Of a stretch of DNA of 63,447 nucleotides, positions 20,748 through 29,959 are shown piece by piece. How positions within the stretch are numbered: the first letter of the stretch is position 1; each line of letters starts with the position of its first letter. The notes below the pieces were generated by a model that did no database searches, was not told the origin of the DNA, and worked only from the letters and a program-made list of their open reading frames with translations. The stretch is taken from the NCBI GenBank assembly GCA_029932935.1, contig JAOZPD010000001.1, positions 1 to 63,447 on the forward strand. The letters run 5' to 3'. This DNA comes from Candidatus Omnitrophota bacterium (GTDB lineage Bacteria; Omnitrophota; Gorgyraeia; Gygaellales; JAHJCI01). A program made the translations under genes and the position numbers.

Positions 20748-21238
20748 TTCTTGATACCAGCAAGCCCTGTTATCTCCTCATTTGTCAGAATCTCCTCAAG
20801 ATTTAAAATTACTATTACTCTTTCCTCAATTCTGGCTATACCAGATATATAACAATCATCTATCTGTGTTGAGATAACTGCGGGAGTAGGTTGAATATTT
20901 TCCTGAGATAAAACTATGACCTCTTTTACCTTATCAACAATAAGGCCCACAATAAACTTTTTTATTTTGCATATCATAATACATGCTTTTGTTCTATCTT
21001 CTATGATTTTTATATTGAACCTCTTTCTTAAATCAATTACAGCGATTATATGTCCCCTTAAGTTTATCACTCCCTCAATAAAATCCGGGGCTTGAGGCAG
21101 GAGATAAATATCCTGAAACCTCAATACCTCCCGTACGCAAGATATATCCAAAGCAAATTCCTCATCAAGTAAATCAAATATCAATATCTGCCTCTCCTCT
21201 GCTTTTTCTAATGGCACCTTACTCATAGTATAATCCAT
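20744..21238 (-). CDS. cheW: CheW coupling protein
   Basis: 164 aa with the CheW-like fold pattern (ILIFDLLDEEFALDISCVREV..., GVINLRGHIIAVIDLRKRF). Its stop overlaps the cheR start. Confidence 0.88.
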   Translation of the reverse strand: MDYTMSKVPLEKAEERQILIFDLLDEEFALDISCVREVLRFQDIYLLPQAPDFIEGVINLRGHIIAVIDLRKRFNIKIIEDRTKACIMICKIKKFIVGLIVDKVKEVIVLSQENIQPTPAVISTQIDDCYISGIARIEERVIVILNLEEILTNEEITGLAGIKK

Positions 21239-21271
21239 ATTACTCTCACTATCTATATAACAGCCATCCCC

Positions 21272-22342
21272 TTAGCCAACTATCCCTTTATTTAGTATCT
21301 TAACAATCTCCTCTGCTATCCCATCAAGTGGCAATATCCTATCTATCACACCCATATCTATAGCCGCCTTCGGCATACCAAATACTGCACAGCTCCTCTC
21401 ATCCTGAGCGATTGTTCGCCCTTGCATCTGCCGTATCGCCTTCATACCAATTACCCCATCTCTACCCATGCCAGTCAATATAACCCCTATGGCCCCCTTT
21501 TTATAAACCCTGGCTACCGACTCCAAAAGCACATCTCCCAATAATCTATTATTCTTATTATGTGAAAGTTTGGTAGTAAGATATATTTTGCCATCCTCTT
21601 TGACCTCCATATGAAAGTTACAGGGAGCAATATATGCAACCCCCGCTCGGATTTTCTCTGAATCCTCTGCAATCTTAATCATAATCTGGCATTCCCTATT
21701 CAGCCAATCTACCAAACCACCCATAAAACCAGGTATTATATGTTGAACAACAAGTATCCCACAGGGAAAATTTACAGGGAAGCTTTTGAATATCTTAAGC
21801 AGCGCCTGGGGACCTCCTGTAGAAGTAACAATCGCCACTACTCTATCCAGATTCTTTCGCTCAGAGATTTTAATCACTCCTATGTTATCCTCTTTCTCTA
21901 ACTTCGCCAATGGATGACGGATAACCTTAATGCCACTCAACAATTTTACCTTCTCAATCAGCTCCTCCCCACATCTATGATTACCAATAAGATCCTCCTG
22001 CCCCTTTTCGATGACATCTAATGCCCCATAAGAAATGGCATCAAATATCTTATATAACTCCCCCTCCCAGACTGAGCTGGATATGACAAGTATGGGTGTA
22101 GGGTAATATGCCATTATCTGCTTTGTTGCCTCAAGACCATCCATAACAGGCATATGTATATCCATAGTAACCACATCGGGTCTTAATTTGGCAACCAACT
22201 CAATTGCCTCCCTGCCATTATATGCAACCCCCACTACGCTGATTCGAGGATCGGAGCCCAATATACTCTTCAATACTTTGCATATCGATGGAGAATCTTC
22301 CACTATCAATACCCTTATAATATTGCTTGAGCCATCTGCCAT
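21272..22342 (-). CDS. cheB: CheB methylesterase/response regulator
   Basis: 356 aa. REC domain (RVLIVEDSP...PDVVTMDIHMPVMDG) plus a methylesterase domain (VAIVTSTGGPQAL, VVQHI, GMGRDG). Confidence 0.92.
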   Translation of the reverse strand: MADGSSNIIRVLIVEDSPSICKVLKSILGSDPRISVVGVAYNGREAIELVAKLRPDVVTMDIHMPVMDGLEATKQIMAYYPTPILVISSSVWEGELYKIFDAISYGALDVIEKGQEDLIGNHRCGEELIEKVKLLSGIKVIRHPLAKLEKEDNIGVIKISERKNLDRVVAIVTSTGGPQALLKIFKSFPVNFPCGILVVQHIIPGFMGGLVDWLNRECQIMIKIAEDSEKIRAGVAYIAPCNFHMEVKEDGKIYLTTKLSHNKNNRLLGDVLLESVARVYKKGAIGVILTGMGRDGVIGMKAIRQMQGRTIAQDERSCAVFGMPKAAIDMGVIDRILPLDGIAEEIVKILNKGIVG

Positions 22343-22346
22343 TACA

Positions 22347-24596
22347 TCATCCTATTAATCTATCGACGGTATCCAGAAGGTTAGATTGGTCAAACGCAGA
22401 CTTTATAATATAGGCCGCAGCACCTACCTCTATCCCCTTCCTCTTATCATCATCATTCTCTAACGCAGTAACTATCACTATCGGTATATCTTTATATTTC
22501 TCATTTTTTTTGATAGTCCTGCAGAATTCAAAACCGTCCATCCTCGGCATTTGGATATCAGCAATGATAAGATCATATGAAACCTGCGTTACCCTGTTTA
22601 GGGCATCCAGACCATCCACAGCTGTATCCACCAGATATCCCTGAGTTTCTAATATATTTTTCTCAAGCTCTCTTGTAGAAAGAGTATCTTCTACAATCAA
22701 TATTCTTTTCTTCCCCTTCTTTTCTCGATGAGGCAATCCTCTGGTTATTACGGCAGGATGACTCAATGCACTATTTGCTATTAAGTCTGCTACATCTAAA
22801 ATAATTACGATCTCACCCCTGCCTAAAATAGATACCCCGCTTACATTATTAACCTTGCCTAAATGCTCGCCTAAATTTTTTATAAATACCTCCTCTTCTC
22901 CTATAATCTCATCTACAATAAATCCCACACGTTTCTCTAAGGAAAAGGCGATAACCACAGATACCTTCTCTTTCAAATCACGACCGTTGTTATCGACGTC
23001 TGAGTCTGCTTCGGCTTCAGGCAATTTAAGGACCTCGCTCAATCTCACCATTGGCACAGTATGTTCTCCCACCTGAATAGCCATTCTCCCCTCAATGGTA
23101 CAAATCTTACTCATCTGAAGCCTAAGCCCCTCCGAGATCGAGGTTATAGGAAAAGCAAAAAGCATACCTCTGGACTTTACTAAAAGTACCTGAATAATTG
23201 CGATAGTCAAAGGCAGAATCAGAGTAAATCTGGTACCTCTGTTTTTTTGGGTGTCCAGGATAACCTGCCCCTTCAGATTCTCTATTTCTCTTCTTACTAT
23301 ATCCAACCCAATACCCCTGCCGGATATATCAGTAATTATTGGACTTGTGGAATAACCATTCATAAATACTACATTTAATATCTCTCTTTCTGTCATATCT
23401 CTCAATTCCTCCTCAGACAAGAGATGCTTTCTCAAGGCAGTTTGTTTTATATCCTCAATATCCATTCCTCTACCATCATCTTCTATTGAGATAATTACAT
23501 TACCCGTTTCGTAAGAGGCGGAGATATTAACTGTTCCATATGCGGCTTTACCGAGCCTTTCCCTCTCCTTTGGAGTCTCAATTCCGTGATCAACACAATT
23601 ACGCAATATGTGAATAAGAGGTACTTTTATTATCTCTAATACCTTCTTATCTAATTCTGTATCCTCTCCAGAAATCTCTAAATTTATCTCCTTGCCTTGC
23701 TGCAAAGCTATATCTCTAATCATACGAGGGAATCCTTCTAAGATAGTAGAAAGAGGCAACATCCGTATTTCTTTTATCTTCGCCTGCAACTCATCTATTA
23801 CTGGGTCAACACGGAATGACTCAAAGGATACATTATCATATAAGACAAAAGAGGCTTCCCTAAGCCTCTCTATCTCAACGTCACATTGGCCGAGTAGTTT
23901 TACAATATCGCTGTTTCGGCAGGAGGGTTCTTTCTTGATTCTCTCTCCTAATTCAGAAATCCTCCTCTGCACTCCTTTAGTTAGTCCTGATATCCTTTTG
24001 GCCTGGTTAATCTTGGTAGAAGAGCTCATTTTATTTATAATCAACTCACCAACTAAATTAAGAAGTTTATTTACCCTGCTTAATGGTACACGAATATACT
24101 CTTCGATATTCGTATGTCTGGCTTGGGGATCCACATCTTCTGAGCTCTGCCTTCTCCTCTGTAATCTATATGATATCTCTGATTTCTCCTTTCTATTTTC
24201 TCCATCCTCTTGAATATAAATACACTCCTCCAACTCTCTACATATCTGCGAGATATCTATATCTATCTTGTCCTTCTGTGTTATCTGTCTCAGAATAGCT
24301 CTATTAACATCAATCCCTTTTAAAACTCTATTGGCAACCAGAGAATTAAACGCCAATTTCTTCTTTGCAACCTTATCGAATATATCCTCTATCTTATGCG
24401 CTATCTCTTGAATCTCATAATAACCAAAGACACGCGCCGCACCCTTTAAAGTATGCGCCTCCCGATTAAGCTCATTCACCAAGTCTAAATTATCCGGATT
24501 CTTCTCTAATTCCACAATTCCCCTATCTAGTTTAGTAAGGTGATCCTCGCTCTCAGCCTTAAAGATTGCAATAAAATCTTCCTTTTTATCAGGCAT
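22347..24596 (-). CDS. cheA: hybrid CheA histidine kinase with C-terminal receiver domain
   Basis: 749 aa. Hpt (REAHTLKGAARVFG), HATPase (DHGIE..., DDGRGMD, GRGIGLDIV), a CheW-like domain, then REC (RILIVEDTL...DLIIADIQMPRMDG). Confidence 0.93.
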   Translation of the reverse strand: MPDKKEDFIAIFKAESEDHLTKLDRGIVELEKNPDNLDLVNELNREAHTLKGAARVFGYYEIQEIAHKIEDIFDKVAKKKLAFNSLVANRVLKGIDVNRAILRQITQKDKIDIDISQICRELEECIYIQEDGENRKEKSEISYRLQRRRQSSEDVDPQARHTNIEEYIRVPLSRVNKLLNLVGELIINKMSSSTKINQAKRISGLTKGVQRRISELGERIKKEPSCRNSDIVKLLGQCDVEIERLREASFVLYDNVSFESFRVDPVIDELQAKIKEIRMLPLSTILEGFPRMIRDIALQQGKEINLEISGEDTELDKKVLEIIKVPLIHILRNCVDHGIETPKERERLGKAAYGTVNISASYETGNVIISIEDDGRGMDIEDIKQTALRKHLLSEEELRDMTEREILNVVFMNGYSTSPIITDISGRGIGLDIVRREIENLKGQVILDTQKNRGTRFTLILPLTIAIIQVLLVKSRGMLFAFPITSISEGLRLQMSKICTIEGRMAIQVGEHTVPMVRLSEVLKLPEAEADSDVDNNGRDLKEKVSVVIAFSLEKRVGFIVDEIIGEEEVFIKNLGEHLGKVNNVSGVSILGRGEIVIILDVADLIANSALSHPAVITRGLPHREKKGKKRILIVEDTLSTRELEKNILETQGYLVDTAVDGLDALNRVTQVSYDLIIADIQMPRMDGFEFCRTIKKNEKYKDIPIVIVTALENDDDKRKGIEVGAAAYIIKSAFDQSNLLDTVDRLIG

Positions 24597-24601
24597 ACCC
24601 C

Positions 24602-26107
24602 TTACTCTTTTAATCCTTCCTCTCCCAGTTTAAACTCACTTATTGTCTTCTTTAATCCCTCGGATAATCTATTAAGTTGAGTGGCTGAGGTAGTTGCTTG
24701 ATTGGTCGCAGAAACAAATTGTCTTGTTACCCCATCTATATTCCTCATTGCCTGTACCACCTGTACCGAAGCGCTCTTCTGTTGTTGCGTGCCTAAGGAA
24801 ATCTCCTTAGCTGCCTTGACTGTCTCTTTTACCATCTCCAATCCCTTACCAACCCATTTAATTGAATCCTCTATACCCATAATGGTGGAATTAGTCTCCC
24901 CCTGAATCTCCGTTATAAGCTGTCGTATCTCCTCGGTAGATTCAGAAGAACGCTCCGCAAGTTTTTTAACCTCTTGAGCCACAACAGCAAACCCTCTCCC
25001 GGCCTCGCCTGCTCTGGCAGCCTCAATAGCTGCATTTAGAGCCAAGAGATTTGTCTGCTCAGCAATGTCATCTATAAGTCTTGTTATATTACCTATAGAT
25101 TGCGACTTTTCACCCAGGGAGAGAATCCTCTTTGCTGTCTGGTCAACTTTTGTACTTATCTCTTGCATCCCACCCAGAGTCCTCTCTGCTGTCTTCGCCA
25201 CATTTGCAGCATTCTCGGCAATATGAGAAGCAGTAGTGGCTAGCTGTTGAATTGTTGCCGAGGTTTCGCTTACTGCAGAAGACTGCTCAGCAGCCCCTGA
25301 GGCCTGCTGCTCCGCTGCAGAATGAATCTGACTTGCCGAAGAAGCAATCTGTAACCCTGCATCGTGTATCTGCTTGATTACACCTCGTAAACTTTGTATC
25401 AATTTATTAAATGCCTCGCCGACTTGGCCTATTTCATCATTGGTCTTTATATCAACCTGTTGCGTAAGGTCTCCTGTCTTCGTTGCGATAGTAGTGGTAA
25501 CAGTAAGTCTCTTTAAAGGAATGACCAGAACATGGTTAACAATAATAAGATAAATACCGATACCGATAATCACTACAAAGAATCCAATTATCCAAATCGT
25601 AGCCCCCATTTTCTTTATTGCAGCATTAATGTATCTGCTCGTAAATCCCACACGTAAGGTTGCTATGCGGTTTTCCAAAAAGAAGATAGGATTAGCCATT
25701 TCAAATTTGCTTTCATCATCCGGTAAGGTCTTCTTATAAAAGTTAGTCAACGACAGGACCTCTCTATCTAACGGCGTATTGGTCAAATATTGATTTATTA
25801 ACTCATGGTCTGTGGAGCTTAGACATTTGCCCTTTATGTCCACTATATTCATATAAACCACAGTGGGGTCTGTGTTCTTGGCCTGAACCAACAGAACATG
25901 AAGCTTATCCATCTCGCCCATAGCGATGTAATCCACGCAAGCAGCGGATAAATTCTTAACCAGAATCTCTGCTTTAGTCTCTAACTCGCTCATTAATCTA
26001 CTCTTCATAAGGCCTGCGGAGAAAAAAGTAATTAGAAATACCCCTGCAAGAAATAACAACACAAAGGGACTGATAAGTTTAACCTTTATCCCATTTATCT
26101 TTGCCAT
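24602..26107 (-). CDS. methyl-accepting chemotaxis protein (2 TM, periplasmic sensor, HAMP)
   Basis: 501 aa. TM1, a periplasmic region of about 130 aa, TM2, HAMP, then the conserved signalling hairpin ([38 protein letters not shown]). Confidence 0.92.
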   Translation of the reverse strand: MAKINGIKVKLISPFVLLFLAGVFLITFFSAGLMKSRLMSELETKAEILVKNLSAACVDYIAMGEMDKLHVLLVQAKNTDPTVVYMNIVDIKGKCLSSTDHELINQYLTNTPLDREVLSLTNFYKKTLPDDESKFEMANPIFFLENRIATLRVGFTSRYINAAIKKMGATIWIIGFFVVIIGIGIYLIIVNHVLVIPLKRLTVTTTIATKTGDLTQQVDIKTNDEIGQVGEAFNKLIQSLRGVIKQIHDAGLQIASSASQIHSAAEQQASGAAEQSSAVSETSATIQQLATTASHIAENAANVAKTAERTLGGMQEISTKVDQTAKRILSLGEKSQSIGNITRLIDDIAEQTNLLALNAAIEAARAGEAGRGFAVVAQEVKKLAERSSESTEEIRQLITEIQGETNSTIMGIEDSIKWVGKGLEMVKETVKAAKEISLGTQQQKSASVQVVQAMRNIDGVTRQFVSATNQATTSATQLNRLSEGLKKTISEFKLGEEGLKE

Positions 26108-26138
26108 CTTAACCTCCAGGCTTAAACAGTTCTTTATT

Positions 26139-27323
26139 CTACTCTTTAAGTATCTCCCAGTTATTAAAAAGCATCAATTCCCCTTTATGTATCCTGGTAG
26201 TGTAGATCTTATCCAGCCCTTGATGATCCCCAGGGCCAAAGTTTATATCAGCACCTATTCCCACGTCAAAATCTTTAATAGACTCTATGGCATTGATGAA
26301 TTTCTCTCTGGTGAGCTCCCTTCCGCATCTTCTTAAACCCTCTACTAAGACTTTAGCATTTATAAATCCCTCTAAGCTGACAAAATCCGGACTCTCTTCA
26401 GGGAAATAATGCCCTAATAAACCTACATATTCCTCAACGCCCGCAAGACTAGTCTGACAGGGAGGTGGCACCACCTGGGTAATAATCTCTCCCTCTCCGT
26501 ATTCGCCAAGCATCTCAACCAGTTTATTCGGCCCAACAAAGGAAACATTATGATAGATAGGATTAAAGCCTCGCTTCTTACCTTCAATAATAAACTTGGC
26601 ACAAGGGGCATAGGTACCAATCATTATCACTATCTCTGCATCTGAGGCTCGAATATTCTCTAAGGCCCCCTCTATATCTGTGCTACCCCTGATGAAACTC
26701 TCTGCGGCTACAGGTGAAAGACCATATCTCTTCAGTGCTATCTCTGTTCCTTTAAGACCGTCTATTCCGTATGCATCGTATTGATAAAAAACAGCTATCT
26801 TCTTCAAGTCCAGGTCCTCAACAGCATGATGTACCACCTTACCCGTCTCACTATAATAAGAACTCCTTACATTAATAATATATTTTCTGAACGGCTCCCT
26901 CAATACATTAGCCCCGGTGAACAATCCTAAGAGAGGAACCTTTCTCCGTTCAACAATCGGTATAATCTTAACTGAGGTCGGTGTTCCTACATAGCAAAAC
27001 AAGCAGAATACCTTATCCTCATCAATAAGTTTATTTGTATTAGCGATGGTACGTGGAGGATCATAACCGTCATCATACCAAATCACCCTTATCTTCCTGC
27101 CATAAACACCTCCATTATCATTAATATAATTTAAGTAACTTAATGCCCCATATCTATATTGCGTTCCTAAATATCCTGCATGTCCCTCTAAAGCTAAAGA
27201 GGAACCTATAAGTATCTCCTCGTCACTGACCCCTATTTCCTCGCTGTAGACAGAGGCAGAATATAACCCCACTTCAAAAATCATCGATAAAAATAATATA
27301 ACCATCATTATCTTCTTAACCAT
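26139..27323 (-). CDS. periplasmic substrate-binding protein, LivJ/K-like (type 1 PBP)
   Basis: Signal peptide, then [53 protein letters not shown], typical of branched-chain amino-acid-type binding proteins. Start set to ATG 27323 (SD GGGAGGTGA); the ORF-track start is GTG. Confidence 0.82.
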   Translation of the reverse strand: MVKKIMMVILFLSMIFEVGLYSASVYSEEIGVSDEEILIGSSLALEGHAGYLGTQYRYGALSYLNYINDNGGVYGRKIRVIWYDDGYDPPRTIANTNKLIDEDKVFCLFCYVGTPTSVKIIPIVERRKVPLLGLFTGANVLREPFRKYIINVRSSYYSETGKVVHHAVEDLDLKKIAVFYQYDAYGIDGLKGTEIALKRYGLSPVAAESFIRGSTDIEGALENIRASDAEIVIMIGTYAPCAKFIIEGKKRGFNPIYHNVSFVGPNKLVEMLGEYGEGEIITQVVPPPCQTSLAGVEEYVGLLGHYFPEESPDFVSLEGFINAKVLVEGLRRCGRELTREKFINAIESIKDFDVGIGADINFGPGDHQGLDKIYTTRIHKGELMLFNNWEILKE

Positions 27324-27348
27324 GAATATCACCTCCCTAAATAATAAT

Positions 27349-28446
27349 CTAAAAATTCACTCCTAATTGCACAATAAAAACATCATTATCTATCTCGTTA
27401 TGCTCCTCTCTCTTAATCTCATAAATAGCCTGTAATTTACTCTGCTTAGCAAAATACCAATTAAGACCTACTCCATAGATAACAGTTTTGCCATAATTGC
27501 CTTTTACATCAGGATCCCAGACATCGTATTTCATTACAGGTTGAATAGTAGGGATAATCTTATAACCCACCTCTATAAAATATCCCTCTCCCGGCAAGGT
27601 ATGTGATTCGCTCTCAATTGCCGTATTGATGGTATCATCATCTGAATGGATATACTCACCTTGAAGAAGAAGGACTCCATAATTATATCGTATATCGGTA
27701 CCTATCCTTTTGCGGGTATACCTTGTCTGTCCGCGATCTCCATAATAACCAGATACCCCCCATTCAAATCCCTTAATCGGCCTTAGGCCCACACGCCCAA
27801 CAAACGCCTTCTGGTCATTCTCATCAGACTCATTGCGACCTTCTCCATTAGTAACAGCCAACACATAATTAAGATAACCTACCTCGCCTGAAAACATTAA
27901 TCCTTGATCTCGGAGATCTCCACCTCCATTTAAATTAGAAATCACCTGAGAATAATCTACGGTAAGCAAATTATAAGGTGATATGGGCGTCTGCCAACCA
28001 AAGGGTATACAAAACTGCCCCACTCTAAGACTAATGTATCTGGAATAATCAAACTGAATCCAGTAGTCACATAGAATATTATCTAATGTTGTATCTAGTT
28101 GGCTAAATAAGGAAATACGATCGCCTAATTTACCATTAATCTTAATTCTAGCTCTACTTACATCAAAATCATCTACTGCGTTCTCACTATATTGATATCG
28201 CACCTGACCAAAACCGCTTACTTTAAACCTTACCTCTTTCCCCAGCTTCAGTTCGAGCGCATCCCTCTGTCTTTCAATCATCTTTCTCTTAACCTCTGCC
28301 TTAAGCGATTTGATTTCTTCCTCAGTTATAACTCCTTTCTTTGCAAGAAGCTCAAGCAAAAGCTCCATCTCGGTATCAGCAAAGGCTAACTCAGATAAAA
28401 AAATATACAATACCACCATAAAAACCACACAAAACCGCGTCCTCAT
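27349..28446 (-). CDS. OprO/P-like porin (outer-membrane beta-barrel)
   Basis: 365 aa. Signal peptide, N-terminal coiled segment (LLELLAKKGVITEEEIKSLKAEV), RARIKINGKL...VGQFCIPFGWQ and VTNGEGRNESDEN patterns like the phosphate-selective porin O/P family, and a C-terminal ...VQLGVNF. Its ATG overlaps the upstream cheW stop (ATGA). Confidence 0.65.
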   Translation of the reverse strand: MRTRFCVVFMVVLYIFLSELAFADTEMELLLELLAKKGVITEEEIKSLKAEVKRKMIERQRDALELKLGKEVRFKVSGFGQVRYQYSENAVDDFDVSRARIKINGKLGDRISLFSQLDTTLDNILCDYWIQFDYSRYISLRVGQFCIPFGWQTPISPYNLLTVDYSQVISNLNGGGDLRDQGLMFSGEVGYLNYVLAVTNGEGRNESDENDQKAFVGRVGLRPIKGFEWGVSGYYGDRGQTRYTRKRIGTDIRYNYGVLLLQGEYIHSDDDTINTAIESESHTLPGEGYFIEVGYKIIPTIQPVMKYDVWDPDVKGNYGKTVIYGVGLNWYFAKQSKLQAIYEIKREEHNEIDNDVFIVQLGVNF

Positions 28447-28940
28447 ATCTGCTCTCTTTTGTCCAATACCTTCTCTATTTTTAGAATACCAATCAATTTA
28501 TCATTATCTTGGAATTCTCCTTCTATATATTCAGCTCGCTCAGAAGGTATAGTAGCAAGGGTAGGTTCTATTCTACTTACCGATACCTCTACTACGTTAC
28601 ATACCTCATCAGCAAGAATTCCTGATTCCACTAAACCAGATTCTACCACTACCAACCTTGAATCTCTGGTTAAATCTGTTTTGGGAAATCCAAAGATCAT
28701 CTTTAAATCTGTCACTGATAGGATATTACCTCTCAAATTAATAATTCCGACAATGTGTGCTGGGCTAGAGGGTAGATATGTTATAGTTTCTACTTTGACT
28801 ATCTCCTTAACCCTGGTTATCTCTACTGCATACCACTCATCGTAAACCCTAAAAACTATAAACTGTAGGGATTCCTCTTTAATTATCTCTTTTTCGTAAA
28901 GCTCATCCTCATATAGGGTAACCTGCATCTTATCTCCCAT
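28443..28940 (-). CDS. cheW: CheW coupling protein
   Basis: 165 aa. FIVFRVYDEWYAVEITRVKEI... and GIINLRGNILSVTDLKMIFG, CheW-like. Confidence 0.88.
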   Translation of the reverse strand: MGDKMQVTLYEDELYEKEIIKEESLQFIVFRVYDEWYAVEITRVKEIVKVETITYLPSSPAHIVGIINLRGNILSVTDLKMIFGFPKTDLTRDSRLVVVESGLVESGILADEVCNVVEVSVSRIEPTLATIPSERAEYIEGEFQDNDKLIGILKIEKVLDKREQI

Positions 28941-28966
28941 GCTATTACTATGTTATAATCCTCAAT

Positions 28967-29356
28967 TCAACTATCTGCTCTAACTGCTTTTTTCATAAAA
29001 TACCTTATTCTCTCGACTAAATCCTTTCCCTTAAAGGGCATACCAATATAACCATCAGCACCTACGCTCTTTATATCAGCAGATATCTCCTCCTCATCCT
29101 TAGCAGAAATAAACACGATTGGTATATTCTGAGTACTCTTTTCTCTTCGTAGAATCCTGCATACCTCTGGACCGTCGATGCCGGGAAGCTTATAATCAAG
29201 CAGGATAAGCTGATATCCATTTTGTCTTACCTTCTGAATCCCTTCTTCACCGGTCTCAACTATCTCTACAAAGAAGCCCGCCGTCTCCAGTCTATACTTA
29301 AGCATCATATTTACCGATGGGCTATCCTGAATAACTAGTATCCTATGTAATCTCAC
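28967..29356 (-). CDS. single-domain response regulator (CheY-like)
   Basis: 129 aa REC domain: ILVIQDSP..., LILLDYKLPGIDG, IVFISAKD. GTG start. Confidence 0.88.
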   Translation of the reverse strand: MRLHRILVIQDSPSVNMMLKYRLETAGFFVEIVETGEEGIQKVRQNGYQLILLDYKLPGIDGPEVCRILRREKSTQNIPIVFISAKDEEEISADIKSVGADGYIGMPFKGKDLVERIRYFMKKAVRADS

Positions 29357-29376
29357 AAGAAAGTTCCTTAATTAAA

Positions 29377-29583
29377 TTAATGCCTACTCTTCTCTCTTAT
29401 TAACTCGTCAAGCGTAACACCCAAGGCCCAAGCAATTTTCTTAATTGTTTTTATGGTGGGATTATTATTCTTGCCGGACTCTATTTTAATAATCGTATTG
29501 TACGCCACGTTGGATAATTTAGACAGCTTATCCTGTGAGATATTTAGTTTTTTCCGGTATTTTTTTATATTAGAAGCTAACAT
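29377..29583 (-). CDS. XRE-family helix-turn-helix protein
   Basis: 68 aa. IKKYRKKLNISQDKLSKLSNVAYNTIIKIESGKNNNPTIKTIKKIAWALGVTLDELI is a canonical HTH_3/XRE domain. Confidence 0.8.
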   Translation of the reverse strand: MLASNIKKYRKKLNISQDKLSKLSNVAYNTIIKIESGKNNNPTIKTIKKIAWALGVTLDELIREKSRH

Positions 29584-29959
29584 ATTAAATATATATTATA
29601 TTACTCTGATTATATCAGGGGTATTCTAAGCAAATTATTATAATATTATATTATATTATTCGTTATTATGTCAAGTATAATTTATGATTGTTCTTAAATT
29701 ATGCAATATTGTAAATAATGGTAAACGATTCGGTAGCTGTACAAGGACATAATAGGCTCTATGCCTATTCAATTTAAACACACAGAGAATCCTCTTTAGC
29801 GCCAAATCATAGCAATAAAGTATGTAGGAGTTGGGGATTTTGATATATTGTTTAAAAGGGAAGAATAAGAAGGGGAGGAAAGATAATAAATGATAGAAAG
29901 CCGTATTAAATTAAGTTATAAAACATAAAAAATCTGGAGGTTAAAAATAAATCTCAATC

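Noticed and set aside
23692-24213. 173-aa plus-strand ORF inside cheA. Similar antisense ORFs include 2600-2800, 2884-3117, 3962-4159, 4223-4471, 6256-6546, 9523-10047, 24083-24298 and 24702-24905.
   Set aside because: These lie fully antisense to genes with strong family signatures. They have low-complexity Ser/Leu/Ile-rich translations, no SD, and no recognisable motifs. They are shadow ORFs typical of AT-rich DNA.
28459-28845. 128-aa plus-strand ORF inside cheW.
   Set aside because: Antisense shadow ORF. The cheW frame carries the family motifs.
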